Position numbers and translations under genes: made by a program. Positions 49,201-58,212 of a DNA stretch of 64,000 bases are shown in pieces. Below the pieces are notes generated by a model, which was not told the DNA's origin, did not search any database, and worked only from the letters and a program-made list of their open reading frames with translations. Position 1 is the stretch's first letter. Each line of letters opens with the position of its first letter. The stretch covers positions 1,216,001 through 1,280,000 of the forward strand of contig CBDFLE010000006.1 in assembly GCA_965248925.1 (NCBI GenBank). Reading direction: 5' to 3'. Source of the stretch: Candidatus Multivoradales bacterium. GTDB lineage: Bacteria; Acidobacteriota; Thermoanaerobaculia; Multivoradales; J023.

Positions 49201-51181
49201 TGTACTCAACCGGAGGCACCCCAGCCTCTCGGGTCTGGTTCTCTCTTTGATCGACGAGAACGGTGATCCGCAGGATGGCTTCCTACGCTTGCAGGACATC
49301 TACAACCTAAGGCTGGAAGCTGAGTTGGTCACACTCAGTGCCTGCCAGACCGGGCTAGGCGCGGAAGTTCGCGGCGAAGGGCTCATCGGACTGACCCGGG
49401 GTTTCATGTATGCGGGTTCACCTCGAGTTCTGGTCAGTCTGTGGCGGGTAGACGACGCGGCGACTGCCGAGCTCATGAAGCGCTTCTATCGAGAGCTTCT
49501 TGATCCCAAGCAAGACGATTCGCCCGGCGTCGCCGCCGCTCTTCGCCGCGCACAGCTATCAATGCGAGAGGAATCCGCTTGGACCGAGCCTTTCTACTGG
49601 GCTGGCTTTGTCTTGCAAGGCGAATGGCGCCAGTTTCAAGGCTTGTCACTGCCACCCAACGACATCGGCCAAGACCAGGCTGGCCCCGTCGACCGCGATC
49701 CGGATTCCGACCAAGACATGCCCACCCAGGGCGACCATCTTGGCAGCTCCGGCGGGGCGGCAAACCTACACTCCGTCGAAAACAACAGCCGCAACGCCAC
49801 AAGCGCCCGCAGGGCAACCCAGGAGAGAGAGAGCATCAAAACTGTCCGGCAGGCCAAGCCGGCCGGCGATTTCCTGGAGCGTTTCCTCGAGGCCGCGCTG
49901 GCGGCCGAATCTTACGATGAAACACGTCACGATCCCCCTGAAGGGATCGAGCCACGTAGCCTAGCTGAGACCGGCTGGGGGGTGATCTTCGCTGAGGACA
50001 CCCCGCCAGCCGTTCGCCACGCGCTCAATACTCTGCTTGACCACCGCCAGCGCCTAGCCGGGCGCCGCCATCCACACTACTACCAGACCTTTACTTACCG
50101 TCCAGGTACCAGTGCGGTGGAGTTTCTTAGTGATGCCCGGGTACCAGTGGGCGAAACCGGCCATCCAGACCGAATTCCCTACTATCTCCTGCTGGTGGGC
50201 AGTCCTTCACAGATCCCATTCCAATTCCAGTTTGATCTCGATCTCCAGTACGCCGTGGGCCGCCTAGATCTCGCCAACGCCGACCAATATCGTGAATACG
50301 CTCTCACCGTCGTCGAGGCTGAGGAGGGCCGCATCCGTCGCCCACGCCAAGTGTCGTTGTACGGAGCCCGAGGCGACCAGGCGAGCCGCACGACTGCTGA
50401 AGAACTGGTGGCAGCGCTTGCCGAACGACTCGGTAAGCAACTTGAGGGTTGGCAGATCCGAAACTTGTCTGATCCCAAAGTCGGCACCAAAGAACAGTTG
50501 GGCGAGCTACTCGGCGGTAGCGAAACGCCGGCGATCCTCTTCGCCTCGGCCCACGGCCTTCGCTTTACCTCAGGCCACGCTTTGCAGCGTGAACTGCAAG
50601 GATCTTTGGTCAGCTCGGCTTGGGCCAAGGTCAGGGGTGACCACATTGGCCACGATCACATCTTCTCCGCCGGAGATCTGAGTCCGGAAGCGGATCTGCA
50701 AGGTCTAATTGCCTTCTTCTTCACCTGCTACGGCGCCGGAACACCAAGGCAGGACACCTTCTTCAGAAACACTGGCGAATCGCCAGCAGAACCGCCCGTG
50801 ATAGCACCGGAGCCTTTCACTTCGCGCCTCGCCCAGAGCCTCCTCGGGCGGCCAGGTGGAGCTCTGGCAGTGGTCAGTCATGTCGAGCGCACTTGGACTT
50901 CGGCTTTTCAGAGCTATGACGATGACCAGCAGATCGAGAGCTTCCATAGCACCCTCCGCCGACTGATGGCAGGTCACCCGGTGGGTTCTGCCACCAGCCG
51001 TATCGATCTGCGCCGTGGTCAGATAGCGGCACATCTACGCTCCTTGAACGATTGGGATCGGCTCAGCCCGCTCGAGCAGAAGATCCACGACCGTTTGTGG
51101 CAGGAATACCTAGACGCCCGCAACTTTATCGTCCTCGGCGATCCCGCGGTCGCTCCCGCACTGGGCGGAACGCGATCATGA
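46271..51181 (+). CDS. PPC-like/TPR/CHAT protease fused to a C-terminal C25 (gingipain)/caspase-like protease domain; start uncertain
   Basis: Lipobox-like GLCGC; TPRs (ALNNLGLVH, IHNSLGNTY); CHAT LLHFATHG and LSACQTG; second domain PYYLLLVG, YAVGRL, SAHG, FTCYGAG, VLGDPA. Confidence 0.9.
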   Translation: MNTSRYLSESDQQVPKKGCLGEARRRGAFRHRILDALYRCLLVLCPLSFGLGGLCGCQPAEDEHLIGKQGGTVDTTDLNAPVDCDADSAFSDSSEPAAARNARKNFPSGYLNLETPTRGELAGGDSRDLTVELARCDYAHVRVEQLGADLQLNLYGPDGELLTSVDSPTGNQGFEEVFVVAQRAGRHRLELRSLDPPSQSGDFVAHLATVHSDADETERHRVSGTWSYARAEARLAEGKHAEALALYQGARGHFRKSFDPAWEGRTWQRSAQLVRNEDPLAAADALNQALSLFRQAGEKRLQAITLAELGSVRFRLGEVERARTSHQAALELFELLDDPLGKATALNNLGLVHKRAGEILQALECYRRAVDLWRELKRAVDQLSTEINLGKLLLSLGKLPQAQDLFESCLESARASGDRSAEATCLGSLGDIEQRRGRYPEALKVLKDSLNIYQEDGSVSGQGVIHNSLGNTYLKQGQPKQAGKHYQLALDLFEQQQDAANQAVSLLNLGRYHFAEHRFIEAAARHREALALYRQVGNRSGEAATLLGEARSEYQRGRLRTAEALIGAALATVELLRQDSGGPDLRVAVVASKSEYWELYVHVLMALHREEPDAEHDQRALEVCERWRARSLLDLLREARLDLQSEVPSALAEEERALRQRIAELYLQRLEATEPSQHAEQEGFASQLRSLQLDLELLNARIHSQSRRYGDIAQLNPVDTRTIQRELLRSDTQLVEYFLGQERSYAWLVSRQQVTSVELPPRQELEAAGGEVSRLLQTRSTGQEKRRQRALQRLSSLLLEPLADALGASGASTASQTPRRLLVVGDGILNTIPFSVLPLPGDRRNLLIDKFEVVHLPSASVLAALRDRQRRRPIRDELRIALFADPIYQSDDERLAGAPGGSVDSGAAWHKDLSTAARDLELGTFQRLPHTRVEVEEISRLFSGNRRTVELGFAATRSHLLETDLKSYSLLHFATHGVLNRRHPSLSGLVLSLIDENGDPQDGFLRLQDIYNLRLEAELVTLSACQTGLGAEVRGEGLIGLTRGFMYAGSPRVLVSLWRVDDAATAELMKRFYRELLDPKQDDSPGVAAALRRAQLSMREESAWTEPFYWAGFVLQGEWRQFQGLSLPPNDIGQDQAGPVDRDPDSDQDMPTQGDHLGSSGGAANLHSVENNSRNATSARRATQERESIKTVRQAKPAGDFLERFLEAALAAESYDETRHDPPEGIEPRSLAETGWGVIFAEDTPPAVRHALNTLLDHRQRLAGRRHPHYYQTFTYRPGTSAVEFLSDARVPVGETGHPDRIPYYLLLVGSPSQIPFQFQFDLDLQYAVGRLDLANADQYREYALTVVEAEEGRIRRPRQVSLYGARGDQASRTTAEELVAALAERLGKQLEGWQIRNLSDPKVGTKEQLGELLGGSETPAILFASAHGLRFTSGHALQRELQGSLVSSAWAKVRGDHIGHDHIFSAGDLSPEADLQGLIAFFFTCYGAGTPRQDTFFRNTGESPAEPPVIAPEPFTSRLAQSLLGRPGGALAVVSHVERTWTSAFQSYDDDQQIESFHSTLRRLMAGHPVGSATSRIDLRRGQIAAHLRSLNDWDRLSPLEQKIHDRLWQEYLDARNFIVLGDPAVAPALGGTRS

Positions 51182-54100
51182 GTTCCCCCGACTCAGATCG
51201 ACCCGATCTTGACAACGAGGGTGCGGCGGAGGACGAGGAATACCGGTCGATGTGGGACTCGCCGCGGAAAGCTGTCAACCGAGCTTTCCGATTGCGACGT
51301 GATCACGGCTCGGACTCAGCCCCGAATCCGTCAGCGGAGCCACCTGCAGATCCAGATAGCCGCAGATCACGCGGCGAGCCCAGTGACCGGAGTGGCGACC
51401 AATATCACGTCTATGTCGACAACCGCCCTCACTCGACGGGTGACATTGATGGACCGGCGGAGTTCTACCCTCTAGGGCTAGAGTCACTGGAACCATTCTC
51501 TGGTCTTGAACCGCCTCAGGCGGTCGTAGACCTGAGTAACCGCCTGCAGACCGAACACCTGTTGATCCTGGGTGGTGCCGACTTTGCCGAAAAACACAGT
51601 CTGGCCTGCCAGGTCATCTGGAACCTGCAAACTACCTGTCGGCCTGGCCCAGACCACGGTGTTGAACTGGCCGCCAAGGAGTGGCTGCGCGGATCGGATC
51701 GGCCCCGACTTGCGACGCTCCTACAAACGGGGTCCAAGCCGACGATCTATCTACTTGACCAAGCGCGGCCAATCCACCTCGAATTCGCGTCCCAGCGACT
51801 TCGCGAGCTGGCCCGCCGCAACGGCCACTTTGTCCTCATTACGACAGATTTCTCGGTAGACGAGTGGTCCCTACCCGAAGGGTTCTCCCAGTGCGTCTGG
51901 CAGAATCTGACAACGACCAAGATCTATACGCCGCGCTACCTCGCCCAGTGTCTACGCCAGACGTTGAAGGGTGTTGAAGTGGAGGGGATCTTTCCCGACG
52001 GGCCACCACCAAATCGAGATGAAGATGCCGTACTGAACGCACCGCTCATCCACAGCTTGACGCTTCTCGACGCCGCCACTCTGCTTCAGTCTCCCGACCG
52101 CATCCGCTCCTTCGCCGATTGGCTACGGCGCCACAGCGGACCCCTCGAGCTAGAGCAGATCACCCGTTTCATTCGTCGGCTGCAGGGCAACAAGGCGGCG
52201 ATCGAGGGGTGGTATCGGCAGCTCGATCCTCGCAAACGTCTGCTGATCACTTTCATCGCCCTGTTCGACGGCCTGCTCGACGACCAGCTTTTTGCGACTC
52301 TGGACATCATTCTCGATGCGGTATGGCGTGACAGGGACCCAAGCCAACCGGCTTATGACTACAACGACCTGAACGAACTCAGCAGCTACGTCCGCAAGAA
52401 CCCACTCGACCGCGGCGGCCTAACATTGTCCACCAACTCCCGATCGCAGCGGCAGGCACTACTGGAGGTGTCCTGGGAGCTTCACAGACGACAGATCCTG
52501 GCCGCCATCCCGGTGGTGGCGGAACTCGTCAATCGAGCGTCGCAGTGGCTCAACCAGAGTTTTCGCCATGCAGCAGCACCCCAGATCACTGCCCGGACCT
52601 CGCCGAACGCAGAGCAGCGCGACAGCGCTGAGGACAACGGCCAGGACAGCGGTATGGCCCAGCCGAGCGCGGTTCGAGAGGGTTACGTTTCGCGTTGGCA
52701 CGACTATGGCCCCGAGCGAGAACTCTATAGCACGGTGCCGCGCAAGGCCAAGCTGCTGCAAGCACTGGCCGACGCGCTGAGCGTGCTCGGCACATTCTCA
52801 CGCAATGCCGTTGAACGAGCACTTCACCAGATAGCCGCTAACCGAGAGTGGGAAGTGCGGCAGGTCACAGCGACCGCCATGGCGAGGTGGAAGGAGCATC
52901 CCGATCATCCCCAGCTGCTCTATGCAACTCTGCATGCTTGGCAGAATGAAGCCAGGCAGAAAGCCAGGGGGGCAGCACCGCAGGAGGATGCTCGAGGTTT
53001 GTCCCAAATTCGCGCCACTGTGATGGAAATCGTCGGCTACTCCGTCCTCTACGATCCGCCCAATCAGCTAGCAGAACCGCTCCTACGATTGATCGAGAAA
53101 GCACTTCCTGACCACAACCGCCTGGTGCAGACCGCACTGAGGTTTTTGACCATCCCACTGGCGGTTGCCCACCACCGCCGCCAGCTGGACGACTTCATCA
53201 TCGAACTGGTCACGGATTCGCAAATGATCCGAGCTGTTGCCATGGGTTGGGCCAAGTGCCTCGAGCTACGTCCCGAAGAAGGGAAAGAGTTGATACGAGA
53301 ATGGCACCGGCGCTTTCTTTCGGCGACCGCCAATCCCGAGGAGCCACCTGAACGCAATGAGAGATGCTTAGCGACGCTAGCAGCCACCTATGGCGAAATC
53401 GAGGTTGGAAGTTCCGCAGCCCTGGATTCCGACGAACTCCTCAGGCGCATCCATCAGCTGCTGCAAAACCACCACCCGTTCGTTCGAGATTGGGCGATTC
53501 GTGCCTTGACTCGGCGCATCGGCGTTCATGTGAAAGAGATTCCCAAACGCCTCCAACAAGTGTTGGCCGAACTGCGACTCGAAGAGAAGCCAAGAGTCGT
53601 CACCGCACTGCGGGGACTTTACTTGCGCCAGCGGGCGTCTCTCGAAGGTGGAGACTTCAAGGTCTCGATCAAGGGCACATCCTTCGTCCTTTGGTCGCGA
53701 CCCGGCCTACGCCCGCTGACAACGGTTGAGGTAACGCTTTATGACTGGTTCGCTGATGAATCTCAGCCCGAGACTCAGGAACTCGCCTTGGCCGCACTGG
53801 CCGAGATTCGGGCCACTGCGGTCGATGAAGAAGAGCGTCACTTACAGGAACTCGGACCTCCCGAAGTCCCCGCCGAATCCCCAACTCAAGCCAAAGAAAT
53901 CAAGACCATCGTAAGGGTCACAGATCCGCCCCGACGGCGTTTCCTTGATCGCGTGCAGAAGCTGCTGCTCAACCTGACCACATGGCAGGAACAGCGAATC
54001 CGCACCGGCTTGAGTGGTCTAACCCCGGAGCTGATCGTTCAGGATCGCCGGGATCTGCAGCGGATGAGACCCGTATTCGACTCCCTGCGCGCTCAGGGCG

Positions 54101-54222
54101 GCCGCACGGCGCTACTGGGTCGCTACCTGCGTCGATTCCAATACCTCTACCGGTGGCGAAAGCTGTTGTTCGCAGTCACCGGCCTTATACTACTAGTGAT
54201 GCTATTGCAGATGATCTTCTGA
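51178..54222 (+). CDS. Large protein with degenerate P-loop (inactive-STAND-like), HEAT/ARM-like helical repeats and C-terminal TM
   Basis: ATGA coupling; LLILGGADFAEKHSLA (Walker A-like), IYLLDQ (Walker B-like), WEVRQVTATAMA and HPFVRDWAIRAL (HEAT-like), LLFAVTGLILLVMLLQMIF. Confidence 0.7.
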   Translation: MSSPDSDRPDLDNEGAAEDEEYRSMWDSPRKAVNRAFRLRRDHGSDSAPNPSAEPPADPDSRRSRGEPSDRSGDQYHVYVDNRPHSTGDIDGPAEFYPLGLESLEPFSGLEPPQAVVDLSNRLQTEHLLILGGADFAEKHSLACQVIWNLQTTCRPGPDHGVELAAKEWLRGSDRPRLATLLQTGSKPTIYLLDQARPIHLEFASQRLRELARRNGHFVLITTDFSVDEWSLPEGFSQCVWQNLTTTKIYTPRYLAQCLRQTLKGVEVEGIFPDGPPPNRDEDAVLNAPLIHSLTLLDAATLLQSPDRIRSFADWLRRHSGPLELEQITRFIRRLQGNKAAIEGWYRQLDPRKRLLITFIALFDGLLDDQLFATLDIILDAVWRDRDPSQPAYDYNDLNELSSYVRKNPLDRGGLTLSTNSRSQRQALLEVSWELHRRQILAAIPVVAELVNRASQWLNQSFRHAAAPQITARTSPNAEQRDSAEDNGQDSGMAQPSAVREGYVSRWHDYGPERELYSTVPRKAKLLQALADALSVLGTFSRNAVERALHQIAANREWEVRQVTATAMARWKEHPDHPQLLYATLHAWQNEARQKARGAAPQEDARGLSQIRATVMEIVGYSVLYDPPNQLAEPLLRLIEKALPDHNRLVQTALRFLTIPLAVAHHRRQLDDFIIELVTDSQMIRAVAMGWAKCLELRPEEGKELIREWHRRFLSATANPEEPPERNERCLATLAATYGEIEVGSSAALDSDELLRRIHQLLQNHHPFVRDWAIRALTRRIGVHVKEIPKRLQQVLAELRLEEKPRVVTALRGLYLRQRASLEGGDFKVSIKGTSFVLWSRPGLRPLTTVEVTLYDWFADESQPETQELALAALAEIRATAVDEEERHLQELGPPEVPAESPTQAKEIKTIVRVTDPPRRRFLDRVQKLLLNLTTWQEQRIRTGLSGLTPELIVQDRRDLQRMRPVFDSLRAQGGRTALLGRYLRRFQYLYRWRKLLFAVTGLILLVMLLQMIF

Positions 54223-54234
54223 GGCCGATCAACA

Positions 54235-55812
54235 ATGGACCAAGCTCTGAAAGCCTTGCGCGCCTATTGGCGCAATAAGAATCACGGCCTGACAGAAGAA
54301 CTCGAGAACGCCTGCCGCCAGGTGTCAGAGCGACTCCGCACAGCAGCAAAAGCCAACAATTATGAGGCTCAGAACTCCCTGAGTGACGGCGAGCTGAGGA
54401 CTCAACTAGAGAGCCTAGGGAAGGGAGGAGATGGAGTCATCCGCCGCTTTTTGGAGAGGACTCAGGTGTCGAAGAAAGGCACTTCTGAGCGGCCAGAGGT
54501 TCAACTGCCGTCTCCAAAGTCAACCGGAGACAGTTACCGTAACAGCTTTGGAACGGTCCACGGTGGACTCCGGTTCGGCCCGCAGAATTACTACGGGCCC
54601 ACCGAACTCGCCCCATCTGTAGATGCGGAGCCAGACTCCGAAAGAGCCAAGACCGAAAGCAGCTGGTTCAATGCTCCAGAGCCCCTGCTCACCCCCCCAG
54701 GCGACCTGGAACTGAGAGTCCACCGCGTACCTAGCACTACAAGTGAATGGCAAATCGAGCTGGCGTTGCAAGGGGCGCCAGTAGATCCCGGACCAAGATC
54801 ATTCGAGCCTTTTACCCTTCATCCTAGGACTGGCGAGAAAATTAGAGGTTTCTTGGCGCAGATCGACCGCGCGCGCGTACCCATCGGAGAATGGGGGTCC
54901 GTTCCTCTCGTAGTCCAAAACTTCGGTTCAATGCTCTTCGACAAGATTCTCCGAAAACCGTTGGGCGAAGCTCTGTGGGTCTCACGCGATGTCCGCGGTG
55001 CTCTGCTGGTAGTGTCTGAGGAACCTTGGATCCCATGGGAGATCGTACAATTGCAGCAGCCGCACCAGAGGAATGGAAGCGAGCGTCGCGGCCCTTTCCT
55101 CTGCGAAGCCTTCAACCTCCTACGATGGCCGCCGTCCGCCGGGCATGAGGACAAGGAGGGTCGGCTACATCTCTCGCCGCCCATGACTCTACCGACGAAG
55201 CGTATCGCCGTGGTGGCACCGCAATCGGCCGAATTGCGAGCGCAAAAGCCCGAGGTTGAGTTCCTCCTCTCCCTGAGTCCCGAGCGACAAGTCAAGATGA
55301 TTCCCGCCAAGGAGGAAACGATCCGTGAACACATTTGCAGTGGCAATTTCGACGCTTGGCACTTCTGCGGTCACGGCTCGCTGGGCGACGACCCACATTT
55401 AGCAGGATTCCCACTCGATGATGGCAAGTTCCTAACGCCGCAGATCCTAGCGGGCAACTGCGGCTCCTTCGGAGACCCGCAACCATTGGTGTTCATGAAC
55501 GGGTGCTACAGCGGCCGCGCCGGGGATTCTCTGGTCGATATAGGCGGCTGGCCATCGGCTTTCCTTCGCGCCGGTGCCGGTGCCTTTATCGGCAGTCTGT
55601 GGCAGATCAGTAGCGAGCAAGCCTTCGACTACATGCGTGAGTTCTACACTCAATGGTTGACGGGTGCGACCCTGGCAAGCGCCCTTCACCACGCCCGAGA
55701 GCAAGCCAGTGGGCTAGCCGACCCCACCCGGTTGGCCTACACCGCGTACGGTCATCCCGCCGCGAGCTGCACCGGCCGAGGCAAAGGAACCGAAGCTACC
55801 ACCTACTACTGA
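54235..55812 (+). CDS. Cytoplasmic CHAT-domain protease with N-terminal helical domain and G/N/aromatic-rich motif
   Basis: EPWIPWEIV, AWHFCGHG (His), LVFMNGCYSG (Cys), AFIGSLW, LAYTAYGHP. Confidence 0.9.
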   Translation: MDQALKALRAYWRNKNHGLTEELENACRQVSERLRTAAKANNYEAQNSLSDGELRTQLESLGKGGDGVIRRFLERTQVSKKGTSERPEVQLPSPKSTGDSYRNSFGTVHGGLRFGPQNYYGPTELAPSVDAEPDSERAKTESSWFNAPEPLLTPPGDLELRVHRVPSTTSEWQIELALQGAPVDPGPRSFEPFTLHPRTGEKIRGFLAQIDRARVPIGEWGSVPLVVQNFGSMLFDKILRKPLGEALWVSRDVRGALLVVSEEPWIPWEIVQLQQPHQRNGSERRGPFLCEAFNLLRWPPSAGHEDKEGRLHLSPPMTLPTKRIAVVAPQSAELRAQKPEVEFLLSLSPERQVKMIPAKEETIREHICSGNFDAWHFCGHGSLGDDPHLAGFPLDDGKFLTPQILAGNCGSFGDPQPLVFMNGCYSGRAGDSLVDIGGWPSAFLRAGAGAFIGSLWQISSEQAFDYMREFYTQWLTGATLASALHHAREQASGLADPTRLAYTAYGHPAASCTGRGKGTEATTYY

Positions 55813-55843
55813 TCGCCAGCGGCTCGCCGCCGGGGAAAGTCCC

Positions 55844-56836
55844 TCAATCCCGCCCCGCCTTGGGAAAGACGATCACTACCAAGAACGTGCTCTGCCAGAA
55901 CAGCACCGGGTCGACGATCTCTAGAATGCCGTCCTGCTGTCGCAGCGAGTAGGAAGCGGGAGGCCGCAAGGGCAACAACTCGATCTTGCGCCAAGCCGTT
56001 CCCACAACAATTTCTAGCATTGAGTTCCGCTCCGCCTCCAGAAAATGATCGCGCACCAGATCCGGGGTAGAATTAAGAAAGCGACGCTTGCGCAAGCCAA
56101 ACATCCTCTTCTCTTCCTGCAGAATGCCTTGCTTGAGAAGCTCTTGCCGAGTGCCAAGTGTCCAGTACACAAGCAGTTTGCGGTGCTCCTCCCGAGACAG
56201 CTCTAGTTGCCGCTGGGCCAAGGTTTCGTCTTGCTCCCCGATCACTTCCGATTGCTCGGTGATGAACTCACCCTGTTCGGCGACTTCAGTTTGCAACTCC
56301 TCGACCGTCCCTTGCAGGTGCTCCACGCGCCGGCTCAGATAGACAATCCTCTTCAGCAACCGTGCAGCGTCCTCTTCCAGTTCGCTGTTCCGATCCCGCA
56401 GGCGGTGCGCCATAGCCTCCAGGTCGACAAGATTTCCGCCGGCAAGGCTTAGCAGTGATTGCAAACGATCAATCTGCTCGTCGTTGATCCGCGCATCGTC
56501 GCTGAGACTCTGCAAACGCTGGAGCAGGGTCTTCTCCCGCAGTAGCTGACGATTCTCAAGATCGCTGGCCAAGATCTGGCTCGAGAGATCGAACTTCTCC
56601 TCCTGCATCCCTTCGACCCTCTCACCTACCTCGTTCAATACCTGAGTGATGATCGCCACATAGACATCCTTCGACCGCGAGGACGCCTTCTCCCACTCAA
56701 CCCGCTTCAGCAGGCGCTCGTTCTCAGCTTCAACTCGCCTGAGTGTCCGCACATGCGACCAGCTCCAGAAGCCGAGCGCCATGCAAACCAACGACAAGAC
56801 CGCTGCCGACAGGTAGCTGATTCTCCCGGCCTTCAT
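55844..56836 (-). CDS. Membrane-anchored coiled-coil protein
   Basis: N-terminal TM, long heptad pattern, C-terminal VYWTLGTRQELLKQGIL domain. Confidence 0.75.
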   Translation of the reverse strand: MKAGRISYLSAAVLSLVCMALGFWSWSHVRTLRRVEAENERLLKRVEWEKASSRSKDVYVAIITQVLNEVGERVEGMQEEKFDLSSQILASDLENRQLLREKTLLQRLQSLSDDARINDEQIDRLQSLLSLAGGNLVDLEAMAHRLRDRNSELEEDAARLLKRIVYLSRRVEHLQGTVEELQTEVAEQGEFITEQSEVIGEQDETLAQRQLELSREEHRKLLVYWTLGTRQELLKQGILQEEKRMFGLRKRRFLNSTPDLVRDHFLEAERNSMLEIVVGTAWRKIELLPLRPPASYSLRQQDGILEIVDPVLFWQSTFLVVIVFPKAGRD

Positions 56837-57411
56837 CGTGTTGGCAACTCCAAAGAGGTCAACCCCTCAGCAGATGTTCCCGACATGCCAAGGTCACCCA
56901 AACGCACAACCTCCCATGCCGACGGCGAATCCTCGTCCAGATCGGAAACGAGGCGAAAACCCCGCTCCGAATCTGCTAAGAGCCAGCCGCAGATCTGCCC
57001 GGAGAAGCAGATCTGGTAGTGACCAGCTTCCGGCTCGAAGCGGAGTCTCGCAATTCCCTCTTCCCGTAGATCGGGAAGGTTTAGGCGATAGCCCACTGCC
57101 CAGTCTCTCTTCTGAGGTACCATCGCCAGAATCTCTAGAACCACTGTTTGGTGACCGTCCCCTGTGAACATAGTGCCAACCCAACTGCCAGCCAACTGCT
57201 CAGCCGTTGGGGGTCGACATGGCGCCGTCAGCGCCACCTCGGTATACTGGGGAGGGATCGACTCACCGCAAGCCAGCAAACCGACTCCGACCAACAGTGA
57301 TATGCTATGAACGCAGTTACCCCTCCGCAAGGAGCTAGCGAAAGTACAGTGGCGAAGTGTCTCAGCAGCCGCATAAACTGACCCCCAGACTAACTTGCCA
57401 AATCTACCCAT
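56833..57411 (-). CDS. Hypothetical lipoprotein; start uncertain
   Basis: LLVGVGLLAC lipobox; LAGSWVG; 4-bp overlap with the downstream gene. Confidence 0.6.
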   Translation of the reverse strand: MGRFGKLVWGSVYAAAETLRHCTFASSLRRGNCVHSISLLVGVGLLACGESIPPQYTEVALTAPCRPPTAEQLAGSWVGTMFTGDGHQTVVLEILAMVPQKRDWAVGYRLNLPDLREEGIARLRFEPEAGHYQICFSGQICGWLLADSERGFRLVSDLDEDSPSAWEVVRLGDLGMSGTSAEGLTSLELPTR

Positions 57412-57466
57412 CCGCCTACCAAAGCCTTGTTGTCACAAAGAATTGCGAACGAACCTCCAACCTGAT

Positions 57467-58201
57467 CTAATCTCGACGAAAACGCCATCGCTGATCACCA
57501 CTTTTTACAACTGCTCGAAGTTCCGCGTCCCTCTTGCCGTCGTCCCACATAGTACTGTTGATGCCAAACCAACTTGTGAACTCCGAGTGATAGTGCCGAG
57601 ACTTTGGATTAACCGTAAGCTGCCCCTCCCGCTCATCATAACTCTCAACTATCAGAGGTGCCTCTCGATCCGAACATTCCGAGAAACACTCACGCTTGCT
57701 GCTCGACGCCCCCTCCGAACGGATTTCGACGAAGACTCTCTGAGGCCTACGGCCAACGGAATGTTCGTGCATTCCAACGTCATCCGAACTGTCGATTGCC
57801 CCTGGATCGTCGGACCGTTCCACGAGTGAATCGCTGGCGGAAGGCCGTGGTTCTTCAGAGCAGAATATCTCGGCAATCTCACCCAGCAGAGGACGCCACT
57901 CTTCAATATCCGCGGATTCTGCCGAAAATTGAACACGGAGAGGCTTCGCATGGGTATCCATCGAAATCTGAACACGACGCAGAGCATTCTCCAACGCGCT
58001 CTCGATATCTCTTGCCAACCGGTTCCTTGCTTCTTTCGAGAGGGAACTTTCTCGCGGTGACACCGATATAGTTACCCCAGCTGCCTTCCATAACTTCCGC
58101 ATCCCCCATACTAGAATCGAGACCAACGCCAAGGCCAACAGCGCCTGAATCCAGTACAACTTGATCAATTCAACCTGTTTGTGCCACTGGAGTATGTTCA
58201 C
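57467..58201 (-). CDS. Hypothetical single-pass membrane protein
   Basis: TM IQALLALALVSILVWG; AGGAG RBS. Confidence 0.7.
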   Translation of the reverse strand: MNILQWHKQVELIKLYWIQALLALALVSILVWGMRKLWKAAGVTISVSPRESSLSKEARNRLARDIESALENALRRVQISMDTHAKPLRVQFSAESADIEEWRPLLGEIAEIFCSEEPRPSASDSLVERSDDPGAIDSSDDVGMHEHSVGRRPQRVFVEIRSEGASSSKRECFSECSDREAPLIVESYDEREGQLTVNPKSRHYHSEFTSWFGINSTMWDDGKRDAELRAVVKSGDQRWRFRRD

Positions 58202-58212
58202 CCTGAACTCCT

